64,000 bases of DNA from an uncultured delta proteobacterium. GTDB taxonomy: Bacteria > Desulfobacterota > Syntrophia > Syntrophales > UBA2185. Of the stretch, positions 55,270-64,000 are shown in pieces. Both the position numbers and the translations under genes were made by a program. Numbering within the stretch: the first letter of the stretch is position 1; each line of letters opens with the position of its first letter. Location of the stretch: positions 32,001 through 96,000 of the forward strand of contig CAVOID010000005.1 of NCBI GenBank assembly GCA_963695875.1. Direction: 5' to 3'. Under the pieces are notes generated by a model. The model saw only the letters and a list, made by a program, of their open reading frames with translations, was not told where the DNA came from and ran no database searches.

Positions 55270-55350
55270 GCTGTTTTGCTCCTTAGGATGAGTCATAGCA
55301 GCTTCAAGTTCACATCTCTTACCTTAATTATGTTGAAAAATGCGGTCCAT

Positions 55351-55401
55351 GTGAAGCTCCCCACCTACAGGGCGGGGCTTGCGGGATGTGCTCCCGGTCA
55401 G
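55351..55401 (-). repeat. Short palindromic repeat, copy 2 (IS200/IS605-end-like, PATE candidate)
   Basis: Minus strand reads CTGACCGGGAGCACATCCCGCAAGCCCCGCCCTGTAGGTGGGGAGCTTCAC. Confidence 0.75.
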
Positions 55402-55437
55402 GAAACTTGAACCACCTGAATGTTCTAACGTTCATAC

Positions 55438-55848
55438 TTAATCGGATTCGAACCGGTATACCTGTATCTGAATTCTGCCTAGAAGGTCCGTTTCTGCCGT
55501 GACGGTTCCCTCCAGGACATTATAATTGTGAGCACCGGACAGATTTTTCACTGTTGTGATGAGCACCGTGTGAAGCGGAATCCGGTCCAGAAAAAAATCT
55601 GCGCTTTTAATCCCGACAAGAAATCCTCTGCCCATACCCTTGTCATTCCCTCTTTTCCAGCTTATGTAAACCGCCGCCGTCTGCGCCACAATCTCAATTA
55701 GGACTATAGGGTCGACAAAAGACTCATGATAGAGGGGCCATCGATCAGTAACGAGGGCTGACGTCACGGCCGTATCTGCATTTACGTCCAGAACTTCATT
55801 GATCAGCTTCATCCTGTCCCGATGGGGGATCAGTGTTTCAATATCCAT
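55438..55848 (-). CDS. Hotdog-fold 3-hydroxyacyl-ACP dehydratase (FabZ/ApeP-like)
   Basis: LIPHRDRM, IEIVAQ and GFLVGIK motifs. Confidence 0.88.
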   Translation of the reverse strand: MDIETLIPHRDRMKLINEVLDVNADTAVTSALVTDRWPLYHESFVDPIVLIEIVAQTAAVYISWKRGNDKGMGRGFLVGIKSADFFLDRIPLHTVLITTVKNLSGAHNYNVLEGTVTAETDLLGRIQIQVYRFESD

Positions 55849-55956
55849 TCTATCATCACGAGATGAGATTTTTTAGATGTTCAAAGCAACCCAAATATGC
55901 TATTAGACGGCGGCATAGTAAATGGAAAAAATAAGAGATGTCAAGGGGAATTATTG

Positions 55957-57360
55957 ATGAAGACGAAGAGCGTCACCGGATCGCAATGGTATCGGAATAT
56001 CTTCTCTCTTCCATCGGAACCGGCCAAAGAATTTATACGTGGCGGCTGTACTTATGAAGATGTTTATCGTCTTGCGGCAGGGATTCGTTGCCTCCAGCCA
56101 TCGGGAGAAAATGACCGTGCGGTAATCTGCCTATGTACCGGTGACAAGGCGCTCATCGCTGCGGCACTGGTAGCTTCGCTTGCCGGCGGCCCCCGCCTTG
56201 TTCTTCCCTATGCCTTCTCCCGGCAGGCCCTTGAGGAAGTCCTTGCGACTATGTCCGTATCATTTCTGCTCGCAGACCGTTCATGTGATTTGCCCCCCGG
56301 CCCTGAGGTAATAACCCCCGCGATGCTGCGCCGTGATTCCACGATTCACCGTACCTTCATTGATCCGGATGAGCCCTTTCTCATGCTGTTTACCGGTGGA
56401 TCGACAGGAAAGCCGAAGGTGTGGTCCAAGACACCCCGGAATATGCTATCAGAAGCCCGGCATATGTCGGGGAAATTCGGTATATCTCCCGATGATCTTT
56501 TTCTATCAACGGTGCCGCCCCAACATATTTACGGCTTCCTCTTTTCCGTGCTGATTCCATTCATCAGTTCTGCCCGTGTTCTTGATGAAGTCTATACCTT
56601 CCCCAGGGAGATACTGCGGGCAGCTGAGGATTATGGGGCGTCCATCCTGGTAAGCGTTCCTGCACATTACCGGGTTTTGAAAACGGATGATTTGCAGCGG
56701 CACGATCTCAGGATGGCTTTTTCTTCAGCGGGAGTGCTGGATAAAGAGGACGCTGCATATTTTCATGATAGAACGGGTCTGGACATTGTTGAAATTTATG
56801 GTTCAACGGAGACGGGAGGTGTAGCTACGAGGCGTCGTTTGCGAGACGATGAATCCTGGAGTGCCCTGGACTCTGTCGACTGGAAGTTACGAAATGGGAG
56901 GTTGCATGTTCGCTCGGAATTTATCTCTCCGACGCTGCCCCGGGATGCCGCTGGTTTCTTCTTGACAGCCGATTGCGCAGATTTAGACGGTTATGACAGA
57001 TTCGTCCTCCGGGGCAGAGCGGATGATATTGTCAAGATCGGAGGGAAGAGGGTTGACCTTGCTTCTGTACAGGCAAAATTAAAACAGGTACCCGGAGTTC
57101 GTGATGCCGTAGTTGTATCCATTCCTACCGGAAACGGCCGTCAAAATGAACTGGCAGCCCTTGTAGCGACCCATCTTGATGTGCTTCAATTGAGGCAGCA
57201 TATTGCCGCGATAAGTGAAGACTATGCTGTCCCCAAACGTATTGCCGTTGTAGAAGAAATCCCCGTGACAACTACGGGCAAATATAACCGGGCGATGATC
57301 GAACAGATTCTGCGGTCAGGAAAACAAAAAGCAGTGATGACCGATAAGCGCAACCCATGA
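55957..57360 (+). CDS. AMP-dependent acyl/aryl-CoA or ACP ligase
   Basis: FTGGSTGKPK, HIYG, YGSTETG, GRADD..KIGG and TGK motifs. Confidence 0.9.
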   Translation: MKTKSVTGSQWYRNIFSLPSEPAKEFIRGGCTYEDVYRLAAGIRCLQPSGENDRAVICLCTGDKALIAAALVASLAGGPRLVLPYAFSRQALEEVLATMSVSFLLADRSCDLPPGPEVITPAMLRRDSTIHRTFIDPDEPFLMLFTGGSTGKPKVWSKTPRNMLSEARHMSGKFGISPDDLFLSTVPPQHIYGFLFSVLIPFISSARVLDEVYTFPREILRAAEDYGASILVSVPAHYRVLKTDDLQRHDLRMAFSSAGVLDKEDAAYFHDRTGLDIVEIYGSTETGGVATRRRLRDDESWSALDSVDWKLRNGRLHVRSEFISPTLPRDAAGFFLTADCADLDGYDRFVLRGRADDIVKIGGKRVDLASVQAKLKQVPGVRDAVVVSIPTGNGRQNELAALVATHLDVLQLRQHIAAISEDYAVPKRIAVVEEIPVTTTGKYNRAMIEQILRSGKQKAVMTDKRNP

Positions 57361-57440
57361 CACCAGGAGACATTGGTGTTGACTTTTCGTTTGTCCTCGC
57401 CATATATCATGCATAATAGATTTCGCGGGAGGTAAAAATT

Positions 57441-58049
57441 ATGCTCAGGAACATCAGACTTGTGTTGTTTATATGCATTTTCTTATGCACTCTTCTCGCT
57501 GTAAGTGTCGTAACGCAGGCAGGCTACATTATTCCGCTAAGAAACTATTATCCTGCATTCACGACCGATCTAAATGAATACAAAGGTAAGCGGGTGTATC
57601 TCATGAACTTTGAAAACCAGGCCAGAGATACCACCGTCTGGTATTACTTCAGTCCGGATAGACAGTATGCCTATAGCGGCAACTCCCTGATCCACAATTA
57701 TTTCTGGTATTCCTTCGAAAAGGCCTTGATAAGTCTCGGGATGTGGGTCTCAAACATGGATAAGCCGGATCCCTATGCACCGGCCGTGTGGATGACTTTA
57801 AAATCCGTCAACGACGCCAGGTTTGAGGTGGAGGTGAAAATGCAGAAATTCGTTTACGGCGTGTTCTTTACCAAGATTTACACAGCCAAAGGGGAAGACA
57901 TCAAACAAGAAGAGCGGACGGCGGAAAATATGGAAAAACGCGCGTACCGTATGACCAACAAACTCTTCGAGAATATCCTGACTGATCCCGAATTCAAGAA
58001 AGCTTATTTTAAAGCAGCCGCCGAAATGATACAGTCTCAGGGCAAATGA
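57441..58049 (+). CDS. Exported protein of unknown function (paralog of 26536..27168)
   Basis: Signal peptide, GGAGG RBS, shared motifs with 26536..27168. Confidence 0.8.
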   Translation: MLRNIRLVLFICIFLCTLLAVSVVTQAGYIIPLRNYYPAFTTDLNEYKGKRVYLMNFENQARDTTVWYYFSPDRQYAYSGNSLIHNYFWYSFEKALISLGMWVSNMDKPDPYAPAVWMTLKSVNDARFEVEVKMQKFVYGVFFTKIYTAKGEDIKQEERTAENMEKRAYRMTNKLFENILTDPEFKKAYFKAAAEMIQSQGK

Positions 58050-58082
58050 CGGGACTGTGGGATTGTTTAACCCTCTGTTTTG

Positions 58083-58206
58083 GGGGCTGTTCAAAAATGT
58101 TCAGATACAAGGCGCGTTAAAACCGAATCGCGAGGCGTATATAGATATACGTTGAGCGATTAGGTTTGCAGCGCAACGCAGCAGATGAATGTTTTTCAAC
58201 AGCCCC
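58083..58206. mobile_element. MITE-like element with terminal inverted repeats
   Basis: GGGGCTGTTCAAAAA...TTTTTCAACAGCCCC; 124 bp, non-coding, internally palindromic. Confidence 0.75.
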
Positions 58207-58215
58207 AATGTCAGT

Positions 58216-59358
58216 TTAGACAACTGTCAGTAGCATATAGGCCACAGAAAACCGCCCACTTTCTGGTATGAAGCAGAGCAGCTTATTTCCTTCCTTCAGC
58301 TTTCCCGAATGAAAAAGTTCCTCCAGCATAACATAGATGGAGGCCGATCCGGTATTCCCTTTATATGACAGGTTGGTAAACCACCTCTCATACGGGATGG
58401 TGAATCCAATTTCCTCCATGGCCTTGAAAACCTTATCCCTGAAATAATAAGAGGAATAGTGGGGTAAAAACCAATTCACCTCGCTGGCTTTCAGGTTTCT
58501 CTTCGCAAGTGTCCGCGCCAGGGCCATATTCACAGAAACCTTCACCATTTCTTCATTCAGGATGGTCATGTCCTGTTTCAAGGCAAAATAATTTTTATCG
58601 AGGGCTTCCTTCAGGGAATCAAGCTGTCGCCAACCCTTGACTGAACCATCCTCATTTTTTACGGCTCCCGCGTACATGCAAACTTCATATTGACCGGCAT
58701 ACGAAACGTGCTCGATCCAATCCACTTTCAGCGAAAACCTATCCGTGTTTTTTCCCGGCGACATGAATACCGCCCCGGCAGCGTCAGATAGCATCCATCG
58801 AAGAAACTCCGCATCGAAGGGAACTACAGGATTACTTTTTACATCCAAATCACTTTGCAAATGTTCAAAGAATTTCGCCCTGATTAGCGAGGATGCCAGC
58901 TCCGACCCTGTAGCTACAGCATTTTCGCTGAAACCCAAGGCCACATTCATGAAGGCATATTTGAAGGCGCTGATTCCGGAAAGACAGATCCCAGCGGTGG
59001 AGATTACCTCACAGGCGGGGGAACCCAGTTCACCATGGACCATAAGGCCATGCCCGGGGACAATAATATCCGCCATGGATGTGCCGCAGCACAGACACTG
59101 GATATCGGATATGGTAAAGCCTTCGTAAGGTCTCAGCTTTCTTACGGCTTCCGCTGTTAACTGAGCATTGGTGTGGGTCAATTCAGCCGTTGCCGGGTCA
59201 ATGGCATAGTAACGTTTATTGATTTTATTATTGTCAAGAATTCTATTCTTCATCCTTGATGGCATGTTGTGGATTTTGCCGATGACGTCCTGTATATGAT
59301 CGTTGTCGACAGGATCATTGGGTAAAAAGGCTGAAACGTCATTAATAAAAACAGTCAC
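58216..59358 (-). CDS. darB: DarB/StlD-family ketosynthase (dialkylresorcinol/cyclohexanedione condensing KS III)
   Basis: AFLPNDPV, AGICLSG, FLRWMLSDAAGA, LPHYSS, GNTGSAS and PESGRFS motifs. Confidence 0.8.
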   Translation of the reverse strand: MTVFINDVSAFLPNDPVDNDHIQDVIGKIHNMPSRMKNRILDNNKINKRYYAIDPATAELTHTNAQLTAEAVRKLRPYEGFTISDIQCLCCGTSMADIIVPGHGLMVHGELGSPACEVISTAGICLSGISAFKYAFMNVALGFSENAVATGSELASSLIRAKFFEHLQSDLDVKSNPVVPFDAEFLRWMLSDAAGAVFMSPGKNTDRFSLKVDWIEHVSYAGQYEVCMYAGAVKNEDGSVKGWRQLDSLKEALDKNYFALKQDMTILNEEMVKVSVNMALARTLAKRNLKASEVNWFLPHYSSYYFRDKVFKAMEEIGFTIPYERWFTNLSYKGNTGSASIYVMLEELFHSGKLKEGNKLLCFIPESGRFSVAYMLLTVV

Positions 59359-59440
59359 TTCATCTCCTTACATTCAAGCCGGATGCTTTTATAAGGTGCC
59401 TACTTACTAAATAAGATCCTTTTTACGCAAGTAAAAAATA

Positions 59441-59619
59441 ACGGCTTTGTAAAAAGTCCATATGCTGCGTTGCGCTTCATCCGGAGCCTGTTCCAAGCAA
59501 AGCGAGGAATCTCCGAGTTTGCTTCGGCTGCGGCCTCGCAACTATTGCAGCGTACGTCTCTGTACGCCTCATTCCTCAGGCTTTGCGCGCCTTTCCTCCG
59601 GAACTTTTTACTTTGCCGT
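59441..59619. mobile_element. MITE-like element with terminal inverted repeats
   Basis: ACGGCTTTGTAAAAAGT...ACTTTTTACTTTGCCGT; core motifs shared with 58083..58206 in the opposite orientation. Confidence 0.7.
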
Positions 59620-59696
59620 CCATTCCTTCTCTATGATTGACTCTTTTTACGTGATCGTCTAAAAATTTACTTGTGAATGATGTAAGGTCTGGTCGA

Positions 59697-61001
59697 TCAG
59701 TCGGATCTCTTAGCCTTTCCATGCAGCCTCTTCACCAGTTCCGAAAAGGTCTCATAAAATGCTTTTTCGGGTATGGTCGTAGGAAGAACCGCGTTTGTAA
59801 AGGTGTAATAATCCAGATCGTGAGTGACAATCCGGTCCTTCACTTTCTTATGGAGGGGTGTACCGGGAATGGGTGTCAGCACCGACAGGACAGGAATCTG
59901 GATTCCCTGGGCCACAATGAACTTCTCCAGATGTTCAAAATCACTCTCTGTATAATCCGGCGCAACTATGAAATCACCCACAATAAGCATGTCAAGTTCG
60001 TGGAGGAGTTCAATGGCTCTGGGAATAACATCAACGTTGTATTTCTTATTATAACCTTCTATTCTCCGTTCCTGGATATCTTCAAATCCGACGACCACTG
60101 CGTGAAGACCTGCTTCTTTCCAATCTTTCAGTAAATCATGATGCCTTACAACCGTGTCCGCCCGGACATCGGCAATGAACCGCTTCCGGATTCCCAAGTC
60201 CTTGATCTTCCGGCAGAGATCCCTCGACATGAAAGGATTACCGAAAGTATTGGCATCTACCATGCGTATAAAGGGAATATCACCCAACAGGCCGATGTCC
60301 CTTGTTACGGAATCAGATGAGTGGACAAGGTATTTCCCCCCTGTAACTCCAGGAATGGTACAGAAAGAGCAATCGTGAGTGCAGCCATAGGCGGTAATAA
60401 CGAATCCCATCTTCATTCCAAGTTTTTCCAGAACATAGTGCTCCCTGTACCTTTCCACAAGGTCATAGCGGGGTGGACGATTATCCATCAGATCATCCAG
60501 GCTGTAGTCTCTCGGCGTGTATGAAAGAGAAGAACCGGGTGAGGTTTTTGCAACACCGGGGATCGCCATACTGCTATCCCCATTTTGAAGGTGGCTTATC
60601 AGTTCGCTAAAGCTCTTCTTACCGATGCCGATGACGATGTAATCAATCTCTTTCCTATTGTAATAGGATGGATCACATGTAGCATGATTCCCACCGACAG
60701 CTATGACAGCATGTTTCTCTTCCCTGATTTTTCGGGCATATCTGAGCACCGTATTAGCCTCGCAAGTAACTGCTGAGAAGCCGATCACGTCGGGCTGAAG
60801 ATCAGCGACAATCCGCCACAAGACGTCTTCTTCCTCACACTTCATATCAAGGATCAGCAGGTCATGTCCGGCAAGGGCCCCGGCAATAACCTCAAGACCG
60901 AAGGGTTCTCCCCTGAATATCTGTTTGATGGATGTGACGCCGTATTGTTCTTCCGGAATACTTCGTCCGGAATTAGGTGGATTAACAAGAAGAATTTTCA
61001 T
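59697..61001 (-). CDS. B12-binding radical SAM protein 3
   Basis: MKILLVNPP, EPFGLE, GGNHAT, GCTHDCSFC, GFE and LTPIPGT motifs. Confidence 0.92.
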   Translation of the reverse strand: MKILLVNPPNSGRSIPEEQYGVTSIKQIFRGEPFGLEVIAGALAGHDLLILDMKCEEEDVLWRIVADLQPDVIGFSAVTCEANTVLRYARKIREEKHAVIAVGGNHATCDPSYYNRKEIDYIVIGIGKKSFSELISHLQNGDSSMAIPGVAKTSPGSSLSYTPRDYSLDDLMDNRPPRYDLVERYREHYVLEKLGMKMGFVITAYGCTHDCSFCTIPGVTGGKYLVHSSDSVTRDIGLLGDIPFIRMVDANTFGNPFMSRDLCRKIKDLGIRKRFIADVRADTVVRHHDLLKDWKEAGLHAVVVGFEDIQERRIEGYNKKYNVDVIPRAIELLHELDMLIVGDFIVAPDYTESDFEHLEKFIVAQGIQIPVLSVLTPIPGTPLHKKVKDRIVTHDLDYYTFTNAVLPTTIPEKAFYETFSELVKRLHGKAKRSD

Positions 61002-61197
61002 GACGAGACTAAATTAGAAAAATTATGGATTTATGCTATATGGTATAGACACTATGGTTGTTTGCTATCAGATAGGAACGTTTGTGTCAACGACAAAGAA
61101 CCGCGCGGGAACTCTATCGCCCCAGGTCTGCCATTAACACCCAATGCCCCGCCCGGCAACTCTATGAAGCAACTAACAGGTCCTTGTAAGAAATGAG

Positions 61198-61222
61198 AAG
61201 GGGAGACCGGAGGTCTCCCCTT
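61198..61222 (-). terminator. GC-rich hairpin downstream of the small ORF
   Basis: AAGGGGAGACC-GGA-GGTCTCCCCTT perfect stem. Confidence 0.6.
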
Positions 61223-61322
61223 GTAAAGGAGGTAAAATGCAGGCTACGTTATAGGTTTTGGTTAAATTGCCGGTTAATCATGCCCGTCTTAACCGGTTAT
61301 ATATCAATAAAAGAAAAATCAC

Positions 61323-61472
61323 TTAATCCCTTTTGAGCACAAGCCCCATCATAAGAACAATAGCGATAAAACAGAAAACGACAATTGCAATTTCGGGCAT
61401 ATCCGCCCCGATATTGTGATGGTGGGGTTCGGCAAGTCTCATCATGATCGGTGTTGATAGTAATGTCGTCAT
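61323..61472 (-). CDS. Small single-TM protein, 49 aa, with HHH
   Basis: MTTLLSTPIMMRLAEPHHHNIGADMPEIAIVVFCFIAIVLMMGLVLKRD; AAGGAG RBS; not in the ORF track. Confidence 0.55.
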   Translation of the reverse strand: MTTLLSTPIMMRLAEPHHHNIGADMPEIAIVVFCFIAIVLMMGLVLKRD

Positions 61473-61556
61473 ATCCATTCTCCTTCTATCATAAGAATGA
61501 ACTACCGTTTATAGAGCAATTTTGATTTTACTTTAACCACACGAATGCAAAAAAGC

Positions 61557-61572
61557 TGTGACGCAGATCACG
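61557..61572. promoter_or_regulatory. CRP/FNR-family-like operator
   Basis: TGTGA-CGCAGA-TCACG, a 9/10 match to TGTGA-N6-TCACA, upstream of the small ORF. Confidence 0.45.
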
Positions 61573-61803
61573 AAAAATCATCTATTTATAGTTACTGGAC
61601 GATGAGCAGTTTCTTTAAATTATGCCTGTAGGTAAGAAATGAGCTAGTCCTGGTTAGTGCTTATAAGAATCGTGAGGGTCGCTGATGTGGTGGAACCAAT
61701 CGGCATGGAAAAAGCCTCAGAACGGCTGTATTATCTATGAGCCATGGGTAGCGGATATGTATCTGAGATTGCTTTAGAAGAAGGTGTGTAGGTTCCGGTG
61801 CAT

Positions 61804-62448
61804 CTATTTCCGGGTCAATAGCGCTTTAATGTACTCCAGCACAGGGGAAATATTTTCCGGTTTCACGTCATCAAAATCCTCAGTCATGAACCTTTTTAAA
61901 GTCTCATCCTTTTCCATCATCCTGCCGACGGCAACAAGGCCCTCATCATAGGAGCTCAGATCCTTATGCAACATCCTGCCGCAAAGTGGGAAATATTTAA
62001 TTTCCTTTCCAATCTCGTGCGGTAGATTGGCATTATAGATTTTACTGATGTTGGGATGCTCCGGCGGTGTGCCGGAGGCCGTAAACAAAATAACTTTCTT
62101 CTCCTTGATGGTATTCCAGGTTTCGATGATCAACGGTGCTATGACAATCCGGCCGGTACGGATATATCCACCGAAGACGATCACGTCGTATTTTATAAAT
62201 TGCGGGGCATTACACTTCTTTATATCCACCATCTGACTTGGAATTTCCTTGTGTATCCATTCGGCATACTGTTTAGTGCTGCCGTACTTGCTCTGATACA
62301 CTATCAATACCCGGGGGGGACCTTTTCCAATCAGATTGCTGCTGCCTTTGCTATCCGATATTTCACAAATGGGCGCATGTGTACAGGCGCAAATGTATAT
62401 GCAGAGTATTGATACAAAAAGCAGCTTAAGCCATCGATCATTTATCAT
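61804..62448 (-). CDS. Flavodoxin-fold protein (HemG-like) with N-terminal lipoprotein-like signal
   Basis: VLIVYQSKYGSTKQYAEWI FMN-binding loop; hydrophobic N-terminus ending ICAC. Confidence 0.8.
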   Translation of the reverse strand: MINDRWLKLLFVSILCIYICACTHAPICEISDSKGSSNLIGKGPPRVLIVYQSKYGSTKQYAEWIHKEIPSQMVDIKKCNAPQFIKYDVIVFGGYIRTGRIVIAPLIIETWNTIKEKKVILFTASGTPPEHPNISKIYNANLPHEIGKEIKYFPLCGRMLHKDLSSYDEGLVAVGRMMEKDETLKRFMTEDFDDVKPENISPVLEYIKALLTRK

Positions 62449-62755
62449 GGTGAATACGGTTTCCTTTGGTTTCTATCTCCCCCTAATTATGCCTGCAGGG
62501 CGTTCAGGTGCATTCAGTAATATCCATTATGTACCTGATAACTATCATGCGTATAATCTTTTAAAGTCAAGATAAATGGTTAATCCGACTTGACATAATA
62601 ATAACTTTCCATTAAGAAAACCTTCGATTGGAGCCGATAAAAAATACTCCATTTGTGTCACGCCTGCTAGCAAAGGCGGCATTGAGTGTCCATTTAGAAT
62701 TGCCCGTTAGGTCTGTTTCACGTCTTGAAAAAGTAATTTAAAAGGAGGAGTTAAC

Positions 62756-63304
62756 ATGAGAAGATTCCTGATATTAGCCATAGGCTTTATCCTGCTTTCC
62801 GGCTGTGCGGCAACAAGTATGGTGGCGCCCGATCGTAAACCGGATCTTGCACCCCGGACTGACACGGCTACGCTAGTGATCATCCGCGATACAAAGTTCG
62901 GATTTGCCATTGTATTCTGGAATTATCTAGACGGAAAACTAATCGGTGAAACAAAAGGAAAGACGTATTTTGTGACGCCTGTTAAGCCGGGACCTCATTA
63001 CGTGGTTGTCGCGACTGAGAACACCGCAGTAGCGCATCTCACCTTTGAGCCCGGGAAAATCTATTATCTTCGTGAGGGAGTCCTTCTGGGATGGTGGCGC
63101 GCCCGCACAAATGGCTTCTCCCCCTTGAATCCGCAGGAGGCAGCGGAAGCCATGAACAGCTGCACATACATGGAGTATGATCCGACAAGGGGTGGTGAGG
63201 ACATGAATTCAAAACTGTACCAACAGGCGATTGCCGATTACCATACGGAAGTGAAACAGAATCCTGAAGGATTCAAGGCCATGCTTGAATATAAAGGCTA
63301 TTAG
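62756..63304 (+). CDS. Lipoprotein (DUF2846-like)
   Basis: LSGC lipobox; ATLVIIR, YLDGKLIG, PGPH and GKIYYLR pattern; AGGAGG RBS. Confidence 0.8.
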   Translation: MRRFLILAIGFILLSGCAATSMVAPDRKPDLAPRTDTATLVIIRDTKFGFAIVFWNYLDGKLIGETKGKTYFVTPVKPGPHYVVVATENTAVAHLTFEPGKIYYLREGVLLGWWRARTNGFSPLNPQEAAEAMNSCTYMEYDPTRGGEDMNSKLYQQAIADYHTEVKQNPEGFKAMLEYKGY

Positions 63305-63396
63305 TTTTCTCTCCTCTGAAATACTTGAAGATTAAATTGGGTTCATACCAGCCGACTGGAACCGACAGCCGGCTTATTTACTTTGGCCGTTTCTTC

Positions 63397-63425
63397 TTGA
63401 CAGACAATGCACTCATATCTATAGT
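63397..63425 (+). promoter_or_regulatory. Sigma70-type promoter
   Basis: TTGACA-N17-TATAGT. Confidence 0.55.
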
Positions 63426-63499
63426 TCCGAACAGAAAAACGAGATCTTATTAAATCTCCAGGAACCTCTTACATAAAACGAAACTGGATCCCCGCTTGC

Positions 63500-63704
63500 G
63501 AGACTGTGTCGTAATAGCAGATGATCGATGAAATTAATTCGTCATGTCCCCCGCCTGCGGGGGATTAAGGGGGTGGCTGTTTTGATAGAGCTGAAATGTT
63601 TATTAGTTTCAGCTTCAAAGCTTTTTATCCACCTCCGTCACTTCGTGACACCTCCGCCAGCGGAGGATACTAACTGATAATTTTTTGAATTACGACACAG
63701 TCTC
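63500..63704. mobile_element. MITE with perfect 16-bp terminal inverted repeats and a 3-bp target duplication
   Basis: GAGACTGTGTCGTAAT...ATTACGACACAGTCTC flanked by TGC on both sides; 205 bp; no ORF. Confidence 0.85.
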
Positions 63705-63769
63705 TGCACGGAAATGACAATGAATATAAGAAAAATTGTTCCACCTCATAAATTATTTTTGATGTAATT

Positions 63770-64000
63770 ATGAAAATCTCCGAAGTACCCCAGGACGACA
63801 CAAAGACCATGCACGGGGAGAAAAAGGCTGTATACGCAGTTGACGATCAAGGCCATTACAAGCAGACCGCCACTAAAGGATGGGAGGCGGAAGAAATCGT
63901 CCTCAACCAGGTGATCAGCGAGTTTGAGGAAAAAGCCAGAGCGGCCGCAATGCGCGCGAGAAATAACGAAACATCGCCGATAGAATATTTCATGTATAAA
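63770..64000 (+). CDS. Hypothetical protein, 5' part (runs off window)
   Basis: Manual translation MKISEVPQDD...AVYAVDDQGHY...GWEAEEIVL...SPIEYFMYK; open to the window end. Confidence 0.75.
   Translation, partial: MKISEVPQDDTKTMHGEKKAVYAVDDQGHYKQTATKGWEAEEIVLNQVISEFEEKARAAAMRARNNETSPIEYFMYK

Noticed and set aside
61804..62448. Flavodoxin-like gene as the missing DarA
   Set aside because: It is short and HemG-like (YQSKYGST), and I see no DarA-like C-terminal region.
62620..62712. attC site ending in GTTAGGT before the lipoprotein gene
   Set aside because: No matching RYYYAAC box or coherent stem, and no integrase in the window.

Overview
64 kb of bacterial chromosome. Gene content and intergenic repeats suggest an anaerobic deltaproteobacterium (Desulfobacterota, Syntrophales-like); this is inference. 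Two blocks (about 1-17.4 kb and 48.5-64 kb) together encode a nearly complete, split type II FAS/PKS pathway of the aryl-polyene/flexirubin/dialkylresorcinol type. It comprises a fused KS-chain-length-factor, two ACPs, FabH, DarB/StlD-type KS, FabG, a dehydratase, a thioesterase, an AMP-ligase, an MIO ammonia-lyase, GT2, an acyltransferase, an MMPL-methyltransferase fusion and a LolA-like carrier. Unusual extras are three B12-binding radical SAM enzymes, a phytoene-desaturase-like oxidoreductase, an acyl-CoA dehydrogenase and a DAK2-DegV fusion. The middle holds housekeeping and stress genes (cfa, sodC, purL/purQ, cimA, Sua5/YciO, Rne/Rng, peroxiredoxins, OmpA). Features not in the ORF track include an Ile-rich leader peptide plus terminator (attenuator) before cimA, a UGA-recoded OsmC selenoprotein with a SECIS-like hairpin, several MITE/PATE-like miniature elements and small ORFs. 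Many genes, including housekeeping ones, carry single-base frameshifts that are most likely sequencing or assembly errors. No tRNA, rRNA or CRISPR array was seen.
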